Below, in pieces: positions 1-13,805 of a stretch of 64,000 nt of DNA. The stretch comes from the human T2T-CHM13v2.0 reference genome, Homo sapiens. The position numbers were made by a program, and so were the translations under genes. The notes under the pieces were generated by a model. It saw nothing but the letters and a program-made list of their open reading frames with translations, was not told where the DNA came from and did not search any database. How positions within the stretch are numbered: the stretch's first letter is position 1; each line of letters begins with the position of its first letter. The stretch lies in the NCBI RefSeq assembly GCF_009914755.1, contig NC_060935.1, one strand, 5' to 3'.

Positions 1-3000
1 AGGAGACTGGGGTCAGAGAAGGGGGATGATTTTCCCAAGGTCACAGCGGGAGTTCAAGACCCACGTTTCCTTAGGACCCTTTCCCTGCCCCAGAAACAGG
101 TCCTCTGTCCTTTGCTTTGGTTTTGTTCCTTTCTGCTATTTTGTTCTTTCCTTGGACAGAGCTTCCCCTCCGCCTACCACCCTTCCCTCAGAAGTGGCCC
201 GGCACCACGTGACCTGCTCCTGCCACATCTCGGGGTCACCATACCCTTCAATTCTCACTTTCAGGGGCTCTCTGTGACCCTGGCCTGGGGTCCCGCGGCT
301 CTAGCTTCTCACTGGCTCCTCCACAAGGGTTTTTGCTCTGTTCTCAGGGCCTCTGAGTGCACCTTTCCCCTGCACTCCAGCCCTGGGGACACCACTCCAG
401 AGAGGAGGGGAGAGTGTGACCCTGGCAGCGTCACACCACGTCATGGAAAGGACATGGCATCTCCACTCTCTGACAAGCCCTGACCCCTCTGAGCCTCACT
501 TTGCTCAGTGGTAACACAGGATTTCTGTAATTCCGGCCCTGCAGACCTCACAGGCAGGGTGAGGATCAAACAAGAAATGGACATGGAAGTGTGCTGCAAA
601 ACGAAGGAACAACTGCATTTGAGCCAGGCATTTTGGTGCAAATGAACCATGCATTTTGGTGGCCAGCACATGGACCTTGGAGCCAGAACTTGGAGCTCTG
701 AGTTCTTTCTCTCCAGCTCTGGAGCAAATGACCTTGGGCAAGTTACATAAGCTCTTCCAGCCTCAGTTTCCTTATGCGTAAGATGTATTGTGAGGAATGA
801 ATGAAATGAGTCTATCTGTAGCAGTTTTCAAGTGTGAGTTGCTTTACAAATGTGAGATAGCATCTCTAGGTGTAAGCTTTCTCACTCCACACGCGCCCCT
901 CTGAGCTGCACTAAGCACATCTTTGTGACCACGTGAGAGCCAGCGCCCAGCTGAATCTTGCACCTCTGGTAGCTCCCCCTGCTCTTTCGCTCTCTACCCC
1001 TTCTCACCCCCACTTTCCTCACCCTGGGGGAGAGGACTAGGAAAGAGCCCCTTGGACTCTTACTAACCTTAAACCTCTCTGAGCCCCTTCCTCTGGCAAG
1101 GCTGGGGTAAGGCTGGAGCGGTGCTGGTCTGGAATCAGTGTTTAAAGAACTCCATGGGCTGTCATGAACATAGTCAAGTCTGGGCATTGGAGCTCAGAGA
1201 TTTTGTCCCTGAGTTGCCATTTGCTGGTCGCATGACTTTTAGCACATGGCTTGTCCTTTCTGGGACTCAGTTTCCTTACCTGTAAATGGTGGGTCCAGAG
1301 CAAGGAGTCTCTGGTTCCTCTCTAGCACAAAAAAGCTCTGATAGAAAAATAGCGTCTGGGTGGGGCGTTTCTCTGAGATGTGTTTTTGGGTGCAACTAGA
1401 ACAGAGCTCTTATTTAACTTCCTTTGAAGTTGGACTTTTACTATTTTTCCAAGGCTGGGGGATTATGAGTCAAGGTTTTGATTGGGAACTTGGATCTTTT
1501 GGCCCCGTTCCTTGCAGCAGTGGCCTGAGTGCCTGGACACTTTTTTCTGAAACCTGGTGCCGTCTGCTCAGGGTGCTCCTTCTGCTTAGCCCTGACCATG
1601 CTGCCACTTTTGCCCCTGGCTCTATGACTGCAGCATCAGTGTGTGGCCAACAGGGGATGGGGTTGAGGCAGGGATCTCCTGTTGCATGGGAAGCCCAGAG
1701 GGCCCCATCTCAGACTGAGAAGAAATGTGGGTTGTATTTCCTAACGAACAAAGAGACCTTGCTGAGGAACCTTCCCTTTCTCAAAAAATGACATGAAAAA
1801 TTGCAGTGGGAAGCTGAGGGGATGCTGGGCTCCTCTGTAGCAAAGGTGGGTGCAGCAGAGCTCCTCTGTCCCCTGTGGCATGGCCCTAGCCTCCTGGTAT
1901 CTGTGGGACCGGCCTGGAGAGCAGGCTTCAGGGTTTGATTTCATGACTGTGCATTTGAAGGAAAGTCATCAGAATGCCCTATAGTCCACGTCACAAGGAA
2001 GCCCTGAGGTTGGTGATGTTGACTCTTCTCTGGGTAGAGAGGTATGAGCTTTAAACCATGAAAACTCCCCAATCCACAGACTGTCAGGGGTAGAGAGAAC
2101 CTGACAGATCATCCAGTCTTGGAGTAGCAAGTGAGTGTCTTCAGGAGCACTAATTCTGGTCACCTCTAGTGGTCGGTGAGCCCTGAGTTTAGGAAAGAAA
2201 AAGGGAAAGCCAGGATCCATTAGTGATGTCTGCCTTGGGCATGGCTTGCACACACGCGGTGTCTTTGCATTTGCTATCCACACCCTGGCTTGACCCAGGA
2301 CTCTCAGCTAGTGGAGAAATAAGACTCAGACCTCCCAACTCCTAAACCAGTGCTCTTCCCACAGTCCCTCATGGGGCCTCCTGGGTCCTATTCTTCAGGT
2401 GGCTTCAAGGATTGCTTTCAGGCTTCTCCTGGATATTTCCTCACTCCTAAGAAGGAGGTGGCAGGAATGGAGACAGCAACTTTTTGTTTTAATATAATGT
2501 TTAGAGGAAGTTGAAGGCTACGGAGATTAAGCCACTTGCCAAAGTTGAGCATGAAACAGCCTCCAAAGTGACCCTAGAACCCAGTTTACTGTGCATTTTC
2601 TGGACAGAACTCTGACCATTAGGCCACACTTCCCAGTTCCTTGGATGAATCTCAAGTACCAAAAAATGTAGGCATAATGTCTGGGGGCATCCTGGAAAAA
2701 ACTTGTTTTGGGCTGGTTTAAATGACCACGCTGGAAGCTTCTCCATTTGTTCTGGTGGCTGGCTGCTGAGGAGCGCTTCCAAGGTCCCAGTAGCTTAATG
2801 GTTGCTCTCCCAGGAAATGCCAGCAAGGTGCTAGTGTCACTAGAAGTCTTACTGGGTTATACTGGAAAGTAGAGCTGGTGAGAAGAGAACCAGAGATGGG
2901 AGAGGCTCGGCCCCATTGCCGAATGTTCTCTCCATTGTTTACCAGGCAGAAGTGAAAAATCCTGCTTGAACAGTTCTCCGGCTTCCACCTCCCTCACCCA

Positions 3001-3580
3001 GAGAATTGCTCCCCAGGCAAACTCACATCCCAGGGCTGCCAAAGCTATGCAAATCAGCCTTCTAGCCTGGGCTGTTGGCTCATCTTGGAGGTGGGAAAGC
3101 AGGACCCTCCTAGGGGCCCCACGCCTAGCTCCTGGTGTTAGGGGCTTGGCCAGGGAGCTCAGGTCACTGTTGGTGGGCATCCACGGTGTCCACAGATGCC
3201 AAGGGGAGGAGAGGTGGAGGCGGAGGCTGCTTTTGACACTGGGCACCTCCTCCATTAGGATCCTTGGACTTTCCTCTGCAGCACTTCATTGGGTATTATG
3301 GCCGTCTTGGCCTAAGGAGATTGTATTGGAATCCTGGGGCTCCCCAGAATTTTAGTGTGCCTTTTACTCTCTTGATCACTTAATTCAAATTCTGTGGACC
3401 TAGATGTTCTCATGTTTAACCCAAATCCCTCCAACTGCAGCTTGGCTTCTCACTGGGAGCTGTTTGGTGGAGATGCACAGTCCTGGGCACTGTGTGGGAG
3501 CAGGGATATGCTGGCGTTGGGGGGTTAAGTTGGGTCTTCGATGAGTCCTCAGACATTCTCCGAGTTTGAGATGCCAGAAC

Positions 3581-3870
3581 CTCGCACGGTGACTCATGCC
3601 TGTAATCCCAGCACTTTGGGATGCCGAGGCAGGAGGATTGCTTGAGCTCAGGAGTTCCAGGTTAGCTTGGACAACATAGTGAGACCCTGTCTTTACAATT
3701 TTTTTTTAAATTAGTCAGTTGTGGTAGCACACCTGTGGTCCTACCTACTGGAAAGGCTGAGGTGGGAGGATTGCTTGAGCCGGGGAGGTCAAGGCTGCTG
3801 TGAGCCATGATTGCACCACTGCACTCCAGCCTGGATGACAGAGTGAGACATTGTCTCAAAAAAACAGAAA
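3581..3870 (+). mobile_element. Alu (AluJ-like)
   Basis: Dimeric Alu sequence with A-tail; J-type tracts such as gaggattgcttgagc and aggctgc. Confidence 0.9.
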
Positions 3871-3949
3871 AGATTCCAAGAATGGAGTCTTGCCAGAGTG
3901 GGAAGAAAACAGTGCTTTGGGGTTGGAGACATGGTTTTTTTTTTTGTTG

Positions 3950-3952
<3 letters not shown>

Positions 3953-3986
<34 letters not shown>
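3953..3986. repeat. (TG)17 microsatellite followed by (TTTG)n
   Basis: Read directly from the sequence. Confidence 0.95.
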
Positions 3987-3990
<4 letters not shown>

Positions 3991-4959
3991 GTTTGTTTGT
4001 TTGTTTGCCTCCCCCTGAGGATCATTCCCCACATACCTGCATGCTTTAAAAGCTCTTTCACTTTGTGCAATCACTTACCCTTGTTCGGTCTCAGGCTCAG
4101 TTTCCTCACCTGTAAAATGAGGTGAATAATAAAACCACATCTTCCCAAAGGCCTGGATGATCTCCTGCATTCCCTCCCAGCCTTATGAGCCAGAGTTCCT
4201 GGGCATATGCCCTCTCCTACTTTCTTGCCATTGAGGCCTCCTGGCCCAGAGATTCCCAGGGGTCCATGAGAACCAAAAGAGGCCTGGAGAGATCCCAGCT
4301 GTTGGCCCTTCCTACTTGGCACAGATCTCATCCATTTGCTCCCAAGACCTCCAGACAGGGAATTCTGGCACTTCCTTTGTGAGCCCTTTCTGCCCTACCC
4401 CTCCCTTCTGTGTACTTAATCTTTTATTTGTATACAGAACCAACAGGACCCAGGGAAATGGTGAAGAGAGTTCTTTGGTCCTCCCTGTGCCTCTCTTTGC
4501 AGATGCTGTAGACAGTGACAAGATTCTGGGAGGGAAAGAAAAAGTCCTGGTACGTTTCAATCAAATGCATTGAATCCTAAGACTTCAGCAGATGGAGGGA
4601 ATTTGGGAGGTCACTTGAGATCCCCTTTGACGCTATCAAATTGACTCATCAATTCAAACATCAGTTCTGTAACAGCCCTGAAATAAGCAGCCTCCGCTTG
4701 AATATTCCTGAGGATGGGGAGCTCTGTGACGCTGCAGGTTTCACTGTGGACAGGTACACTTTTTACAGAGTTCTTCCTTATGCTGAAAGGAGGCCTGCTT
4801 CCCCACAGCTTCTACCATTGTTCTGCTCTTTGGAGCTGTAGGCTAAGCCTGCTTCACTTCCAGGCCAGTATATGGGGAGGAAGGAAAAGTCCACTGACAT
4901 TTATTTCAGCACTGACTGCACCAGGCACAGGGCCAGGTGCTTTCAAATGTTCCCTCAAT

Positions 4960-5370
4960 GAACCTTTTCAACTTTTATTTTGAAAAATTTCAGACATACA
5001 GAAAAAGGAAAAGAAACTTCAATGAACAGCCACATATCCATCATCTGGATTCAATAATGAACATTTCGCCATATTTGCTTCATCTATTTTTCCGAAGTAT
5101 TTTATTTATACATTTATTTTCAATATCTTTTTATTCTGGACATTTTTAAACAAACACAAAATGAGAGACTAATACAATGAGCCCCCAAGCACTCATCACC
5201 CCTTCTCAGCAACCATCAAATTCTTGCCATTCTCATTACTGGAATATTTTCTTTTAAATTACAGGCATTATAACATTTCAGTCCTAAATAAGGGAATATG
5301 CATCTCTAAAACATGAAGACATTTTCCTTCTTAAGCACAATATCATTATCACACAAAACAAAACGAATCC
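4960..5370 (-). mobile_element. Old L1M 3'-end fragments
   Basis: AT-rich tracts like cttttattttgaaaaatttcagacatacagaaaa are typical of antisense L1M 3' ends; subfamily not determined. Confidence 0.55.
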
Positions 5371-5744
5371 CTCATTTAATTCTCACAGCAATTTTGATGG
5401 TAAAGTATCTTAAAATATGCACACGCATTTTTAATTGCTTTATGTATCAGCTATGATTATTTCTATTCTTGGTTCCAGTTTGAGGTTGGTTGTTGGTATT
5501 GCTGAAAGCAGTCTTCATGAGGTTCCACCTTGTAGCAGATGGTCTTAAAAGTGGAGCATATCTTTGCGCAATTGAACTGCTTTAGCTGACTATCCAATAT
5601 GAAGTAGAAAAGCGGATTTCCAGTTTACATTATTTGTCAAAATAGAATTCCCTAATAAAACTTTTGGTTGGCTTTTTTATATTTTTCTATCGTGGTAAAA
5701 AATGCATAACATAAAATTTACTGTCTTAACCATTTCTTTTCTTA

Positions 5745-5754
5745 TTTATTTAAT

Positions 5755-5785
<31 letters not shown>

Positions 5786-6079
5786 TTATTATTTATTTTG
5801 AGATGGAGTCTCACTCTGTTGCCCAGGCTGCAGGGCAGTGGCACAATCTTGGTTCACTGCAAACTCTGCCTCCTAGGTTCAAGCAATTCTCCTGCCTCAG
5901 CATCCTGAGTAGCTGAGATTACAGGCATGTGCCACCACACCCAGCTAATTTTTGTATTTTTAGTAGAGACGTCGTTTCACCATGTTGATCAGGCTGGTCT
6001 CGAACTCCTGACCTTGTGATCTGCCCACCCTGGCATCCCAAAGTGCTGGGATTACAGGCGTGACCCACCGCGCCCAGCC
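5745..6079 (-). mobile_element. Alu (S family) with (TTTA)n tail, inserted in an L1M fragment
   Basis: Antisense Alu; tcttaaccatttct occurs on both sides as a target-site duplication (TSD). Confidence 0.92.
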
Positions 6080-6879
6080 TACCATCTTAACCATTTCTAA
6101 GCATACAGTTCCACCTCCCCATCTTTGATTTTATATAGTTGATTTTTTTAGCCTAAATACAGGACTTTGTATTTATTCCTGTTACATTTTATCTTGTTGG
6201 TTTGGGTCTCCTGTTAGAGCCTACCAAATATTTTCTAATCCTGATTCTGTGGTCTACTTTTATGTATTGCTTTCTGCTCTCTGCTTCGAATCACTTCCAG
6301 ATTTGATCCGCATCTATCTTCTTTATTAGCCTAAGCTGTTGATTAAGGTCTAAAACCATACTCAATTTTTTTCTGCGTCACTCAATGCGTTGGAGTTATC
6401 GGAAAAACTGTGTGAGTTTGGTAGTTAAGAAATCTGAGCTGTTGTCCTGGTTCAGGTTCTCTGAGGCTATGTGTGGCCTCAGGAAGGTGTTTTCCCCTCT
6501 GAGGTTAGACTTTGGTGTTGGACTCTGAAAATAATGCTGCTGGCCATATGTGTTCTGTCCTTTTCTGGTTTTTCTGCAGCGGCAGCCATCTTCCAAAGAC
6601 GGAGCCAGGGCTTGGAAATAGAACGTGTTCAGGTTTCTGTGGATGGGGATGCCTGTGGTTTCTTAGGTCTGAATAGGAGGTTAGTTTATGTCACAGTTTC
6701 TCAGTGATTTGGATCTGTTAAACATATGATCCTTCAGTACCTACTGTTTTAGACACTTGGGGCATAAAGATGAGCAAGATATAATAACCCTGGCCTCTGG
6801 GACCTCACAATCTCATGAGGGAAACAGACACATAAGCCACTGACTCTAAAAAACATGGTATGTGCTATAAGGGATAAGA

Positions 6880-7251
<372 letters not shown>

Positions 7252-8599
7252 TTAAGTTGGGTCTTGAAGGGTGAGTATTTTCTAGGTAGAAGAGGAGGAG
7301 AGAAGGGCCTTTCAGAGGGAGCAGCATATGCAAAGTCCCCAACACAAGATCAGACTCCACCTTTTGGGGGGGTGGTCTAGGGTGTCTGGAACCCAGCTCT
7401 GCAGTTTAGAAGCCTAGCCATCAGCTTATCTCACTCAATTCTCACTGTATTCCTGGGAAAGGAATGAAACAAGAATCATGACCTTGTTTTACCACTGAGA
7501 TATCAGGAGGTCCCTGCTTTGACCAAGTTCACATAGCTTGGTGGTGATGGAGCTCAGGCTCGAACCTCAGTCCTCTGACTTCCAGTCCAGGACTCTTTCT
7601 AAGCATACCCTGCTGCTCCTCCACACAGCATCTTACAGGAGTAGAAAAGTTTCTGGTGATCGTGGACCAGTTTTTAACACAATATAATCATTGCATCTCT
7701 TCCTTTCTCTGGGAAAGAGGAGTACCTTCAGTACTGTTTCAAAGATGAATAAATTTAAGCATTGCAGGAATGACTGGCCAGTTGCCTTAATCTGGAGCAT
7801 TGGGGCCACAGCAGAGCCCCCATGACCTAAATCACCATCTGCAGTTCCCAGGTACCACCTTCCATGCCTTCCTGTAGGCTGGGTGGGGAGAGCTGCTCCA
7901 TGGAACAAGTCCAGTGACCACGGAAGGAAAGCAGGAACAAGCATGGCAGTAAAATGAGGGCTGCGGTGGTTCCTCTTCAGCCAGATCCGGAGGGAGAATC
8001 AACAGCATCACCAGATATGAACCTAATACCTCCAGTAGACTATGTCCCTATGTCTCGGCCTAGACACATGGGCTCGGAGACATGAGGGAGGCCATGTCTC
8101 CCAAGAGCTGTCTTACCTGAGTGCCAAAGGCTGAGCCATGTGCCACTCTCTGCCCTCCGGCAGCGCTAGGGGCCAGTCTCCCGGGAGGGCATGGCTGGCC
8201 CCTGCACTCTAATCCTGCCCTTCATTGTGCCTGGGAACAAGGAAAATGAGAGATACCACAGCAGATAAGAATGAATTTGATGAGAAGGGGAAACTCCATC
8301 ATCAGGCTCCAAGTGGAGCAGATGCATCCTCAGGGTGAGATGCCTCTTGAGAAGGGGGCCACGGCCAAACTTCCGGGCAACAGAAATGGTTGATTGTGTT
8401 GGTCATTTTCAAATTAATCTCTGAATTGTGCTTACACACCTTTTTCATGTTATGGGTCTCACTAACAACATCATAATGGCATTCACAGAAATCAAAAGTG
8501 AAGACACTTTTTAATTGTCCACAAACCTGATGACCCTCTCCAAGTCAAACTGTTATACAATGCTATTTTTCTCACTTTCTAGGTCTCATTCAAATGCAT

Positions 8600-9750
8600 A
8601 TTGTCTCCTTTCTTGAAAGCCCCTCTCCTCTTACACTCCAGGGCAGCACACTTACCCGGTCTTTCTTCCATTTGCCTGCCCACTCTTTCTCAGTCTCTTT
8701 TGCTGGTGCCTCCTCATCATCTAAACTTGACCCTTTTTTCTTCCTCATCTAGGCTCAGTTCCTTTGTGACCTCACTGGGTCCTGCGGCTTTAGCTACCAC
8801 CCATAAGCTGAGGGCTACACAATTGATACCTCCTGACCGAACACTTCTCCTGAGTCAAACTCATTTCCCCACCTCTTCTGGGATATCTAATTGGCATCTC
8901 AAACCTTGCATGTCGAAAGCATAACTCTTGAGTTCTTCCCCAAGTCACCCCATCGTAGTGAGTGGCACCACCACAGCTTCACCGAGGAAGCCCAGACCCT
9001 AGGAATCATCCTGGATTCCTTTCTTTCCTCTGCCCTCCACATCCCCGCATCAGCCAGCCCTGTCAGCTGTCCATTTAAGTACATCCTGGCCCTGCTCACT
9101 GCATCCACTGCCACCATCCTATCCAGCCCGCTGCCCTCCCACTTGAGCTATTGCAGCAGCCTCCCAGTTGGTCTCCCTTCCTCTTCTCTTACCCCTGCAG
9201 GTGTAAAGGCTTAAGTCAGATCATGTTACTCCTCTGCTTGGAACTCTCAGATTGACCCATCCTCCTTGGATTGAAAATTGCAGTCTTTATCACGACCCAA
9301 CCAGCAGATCCCATGCCAACTCTCCATCACTACTCTCTCCAGCCATACTGACCTCATTATTGTCCCTCAGCGTGCAAGCCTGTTCTTGCCTCAGGACCCA
9401 GTCTTTCCATCGGAAATGATCTTTCCTCAGGACTTCGAAAGACTGGGTCCTCACTTTGTTCAGAGAAAATGTCACCTCCCTTGAGTGGCCCTTCCAGGTC
9501 ATCCTGTTTCTGATCAGCCTCAGATACTCTCTACCGCCTTACAGTGCCTTCTTGTTCTCCACAGTAATTATCTGTAAATGAAAGCACAGTGCATTTTTGT
9601 TTGCTTAGTTCTTTCTTATGTCTTCTCAACTAGAAAAGAAACTCCATGAGGCCAGTGACTTCCTTCTTCTCCAATATTGTATCCCCAGTGCCTGGAACAG
9701 CACCTTGCACATAGACTGTGCTTAGTAAATACTTGTTGAATTAATGAATG
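8600..9750 (+). mobile_element. LINE-2 fragment (~1.1 kb) including the 3' end
   Basis: Ends with an L2 3'-terminus-like tract ccccagtgcctggaacag...cttagtaaatacttgttgaattaatgaatg; pyrimidine-rich L2-like body. Confidence 0.75.
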
Positions 9751-9772
9751 TGTTCTTTTGTCAAGTCTTTGA

Positions 9773-10231
<459 letters not shown>

Positions 10232-11127
10232 TGATCTCAAAACCAGGCTTTGCTCAGAGATCATTTTGCATCTCACCTCTTCCTCTTTCTCGGGACCCCA
10301 CCTGCTCTTCATCCTCTGCTGCCACCTTGCCAGCCCACCTGCTCTCAGAGATGCGTCATGACCTCATGACCACACAGGAAAGGGCTGTACTTGCCCATGG
10401 TTGTTTAGGACACAGCTGAGGAAAAGGGGTTAAAACAGGGAATTCTCTTAGACCCCATTCATTCATCTCTCAGGTGTTTCTTGAGCCTCTTATCCATGTT
10501 AGGAACTGTGGTCATTTTGTGGCCACTGAGGACAAAAAAAAAATGGGTGTCACTGTCCAGCTCCCAAGGAATATATAGATGCATATATATAGCATATTGT
10601 ATATGCATATTAATATATATGCATATGCTGCGTAGTGCTGGGCTCTGAGGGTACCGTATTTAGTAAATAATTATTTTCCTTGCTGTTATAGAACCAATAA
10701 TACAGGAGACCCAAAGGAAGGTTGTGCGGCAGCTCCAGTCCTGGAGAGCTATGTGAATAGGAAAAGCAATTTTCCTATTCACATAGCAAAAGAGTGAAAA
10801 TGACTCTGCTAACAATAGGTATAAGTTTAAGCAAATCATGGTATATCCATATAATATAATATTATGTAACCATTAAAAATGATACTTATAAGCATAGAAG
10901 CATTTATGATGTTCCTTAATAGCATAGGAGAAATATTTATGATGCTCACTGGAAAAAGTGGGATAGAAGTCTATACAGAGTGGTATATATCCATGAAGAG
11001 AAACAATTATAAATAATATCATAAAATATACAAAAATATTAATTATGACGTCCTCTCGGTAGGGTGATTTTTCCACTACTTTAGACTTTTTCTGAACCAA
11101 AAAGCTTTGCTTTTCTTCCTCTTATGT

Positions 11128-11430
11128 ATTTATTTATTTATTTATTTTGAGACAGGGTCTCATTCTGTTGCCCAGGCTGGAGTGCAGTGGCACAATCAGG
11201 GCTCACTGCAGCCTCTACCTCCTGGGCTCAAGCGATCCTCCTGCCTCCACCCCCTGAGTAGCTGGGACTACAGGCATGTGCCATTATGCCTGGCTAATTT
11301 TTTTGTATTTTTAGTAGCAATGGGGTCTCACTGTGTTGCTCAGCCTGGCTCAAACTCCTGAGCTCAAGTGATCCTTCTGCCTCAGCCTCCCAAAGTGCTG
11401 GGATTACAGGCATGAGCCACCGTTTCCAGC
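11128..11430 (-). mobile_element. Alu (J-like)
   Basis: Antisense Alu consensus. Confidence 0.92.
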
Positions 11431-11999
11431 CACCAAAAGACATTTCTTTTAAGCACATATTTACTTTTTCAGCCCAACATTTATGGTAACAGTTGAGGGT
11501 GAGAAAAAACAAGAAAGACAGCTGTCTAGCTGACATACTTTAGGTGTCATCTCTCCTGGAGGGCTGGGCTAGTAGCATGACTTCTGTCCTAGGGAGTCCT
11601 TTGGGATCCATGCTGGTCTCTTCTTGGTCCCTTGGTCCCTGGAGGGATGTAGCAGCTGCCATCTGAGGGGGAAGCCCGGGCATAGAAGCATGCGGTGGAG
11701 TGAGCTCTCCAGTTGGCATGGCCAGCTGTCCTCCCCACAGACTCTGATTTGCTATGTGACCTCAGACGATTCAGCCTCCCCTCCAAGGTGACCCTTTACC
11801 CAGCTATCACCACCCTGGAGGAGACTTTCCAAAGGCGTTTCCAGGAAACAGGTCGAGGAGGAGGATCCCAACCACAAGCGAAGCAGGTGCTCTTTTTCAA
11901 AATAGAGCCACACGCCTCTCAACATCCTAGTTTTTTTCTAACCTTCAGCTCTTCCAAACCTGCTACCAACTAATATACATATATTTTTATCTTTTCTAG

Positions 12000-12034
12000 G
12001 AAATGATCGAAATGGCCTAGATTTCAACAGGCAG
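12000..12034 (+). CDS. POU2F3: POU2F3 exon 3 (35 nt): (G)NDRNGLDFNRQ
   Basis: Acceptor ttttatcttttctag|GA and donor CAG|gtaaga; phase 1 to 0, joins exon 4 in frame. Confidence 0.93.
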
Positions 12035-13477
12035 GTAAGAACTTGGGTCAGAAAGAAACGTTTATTCTATAAAATTTGGGCATCACCTATACTGTCTGGT
12101 ATGGAGGAAGACAAGATTAAGTACAGTTTGGGGGTGTTTATTCACAAACCCCAACCTTTCAGGATCAAAGGACCTTGAGCCCAACCTCCCACCCTAACCC
12201 ATGAGCCAATGTTGGGGTCTCTTCAGTACTCTCTCAGAAAAGGGCTAACAAATGGAGCACCTGTTTAGGGTAAACTTTATGCCAGATGTGGTCCAGAAAT
12301 CTAAGACAAGAGCTCTTTTCCTGTCAATGCTTAGCCTGAGTTGCCTCTTGGGTGGGTGTTTGCATGAATTGACTGTGTACAGAGGAATTTATGCAGCCAC
12401 AAAGGATGAGGTGCCTGGGTTGCCACAGAGAATTCCTGATTTAAAGGAAGAAGCTAGAGAACATAACAGGAAACAGATAGGCAGAAAGAGCTCAAAAAAG
12501 AGCAGGTAACCAGGCTCGGGGGCAATGTAGACATGCGCCTGGTGCTTTGCAAGGAAACCAAGTTGAATGAGGTTAGACTTAGTTAGGAAGGGCTTTGGGC
12601 AGAAGAAGGTGGTGTTGGAAAGATTGCAGGACAGATGGATGTGGATGTGTAAAGAGAAGGGGGAAGCCGAGGGAGAGGACTTGCCCTTGAGGTTGGAGGC
12701 TGATGGGAAGATGGCGGGGTGGGAGGTAGGACAGGGTGTGATGTCAGAAGCAGATGGCGGGAGTGGGAGAGTTTGTTGGGAGGAGAAAGGCTAAGCTGGA
12801 GCCAAGCAGGGAGCAATAATGGGGAGTCCTAGAGTGAGGGAGAGGGGTAAGAATTAAACACAAACTTAGAAAGCCTGGGTTTTCGTCCCATTTCTGCCAC
12901 TAACTAGGTGTATAACCTTAATCAAGTTATTTAATATTTTTGGTCTGAGTTTTCTCAACTGAAAAATTAATTTATTCCATAAATTTGGCAGTGGGGGAGT
13001 ACTTGCACTATGCCAGGTATGGGAACACAAAATTAGGACATGGTCTCTGCCTTGAAGGAGCTCAAAGTCTAGTATAAGGACGGGGTGGAATGTCTATAGA
13101 GAGAGGGAGAGGGACAGACTTACTCTTAAGTGAATAATTATAATACAGCCTCATTTATGTTTTACTAGAGGTATGGAAAAAGTGTAAAATCAAATAGAAA
13201 TAGGAACACTGAATTCTTCCCAGGAGCTCAGAGCAGACATCATGGGTGAGGTGATATCTGAGTCTGTCTCTGAAGGATGAGTAGGAAGTTTTAGTCAGAG
13301 AAGAGTGACGTAGAAAGGGAGATGGCAAGAAGGAAGGAAAAGGGCTGCATTGGGTAATCACTAGGATTCCTCCCTTAGATTCTGCTATCCTGAGTCCAGA
13401 TCTAGATGGAAGTCTAGGATGGGGGCTGGAGATCAAAGGCAGACATAGGTTCTTCTCCTCCTTTATCTGCAGAGTGA

Positions 13478-13805
<328 letters not shown>

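Noticed and set aside
2159-2172. Second CTCF-like motif (CCACTAGAGGTGAC on the - strand)
   Set aside because: It lacks the conserved GGC end of the core and is too weak to call from sequence alone.
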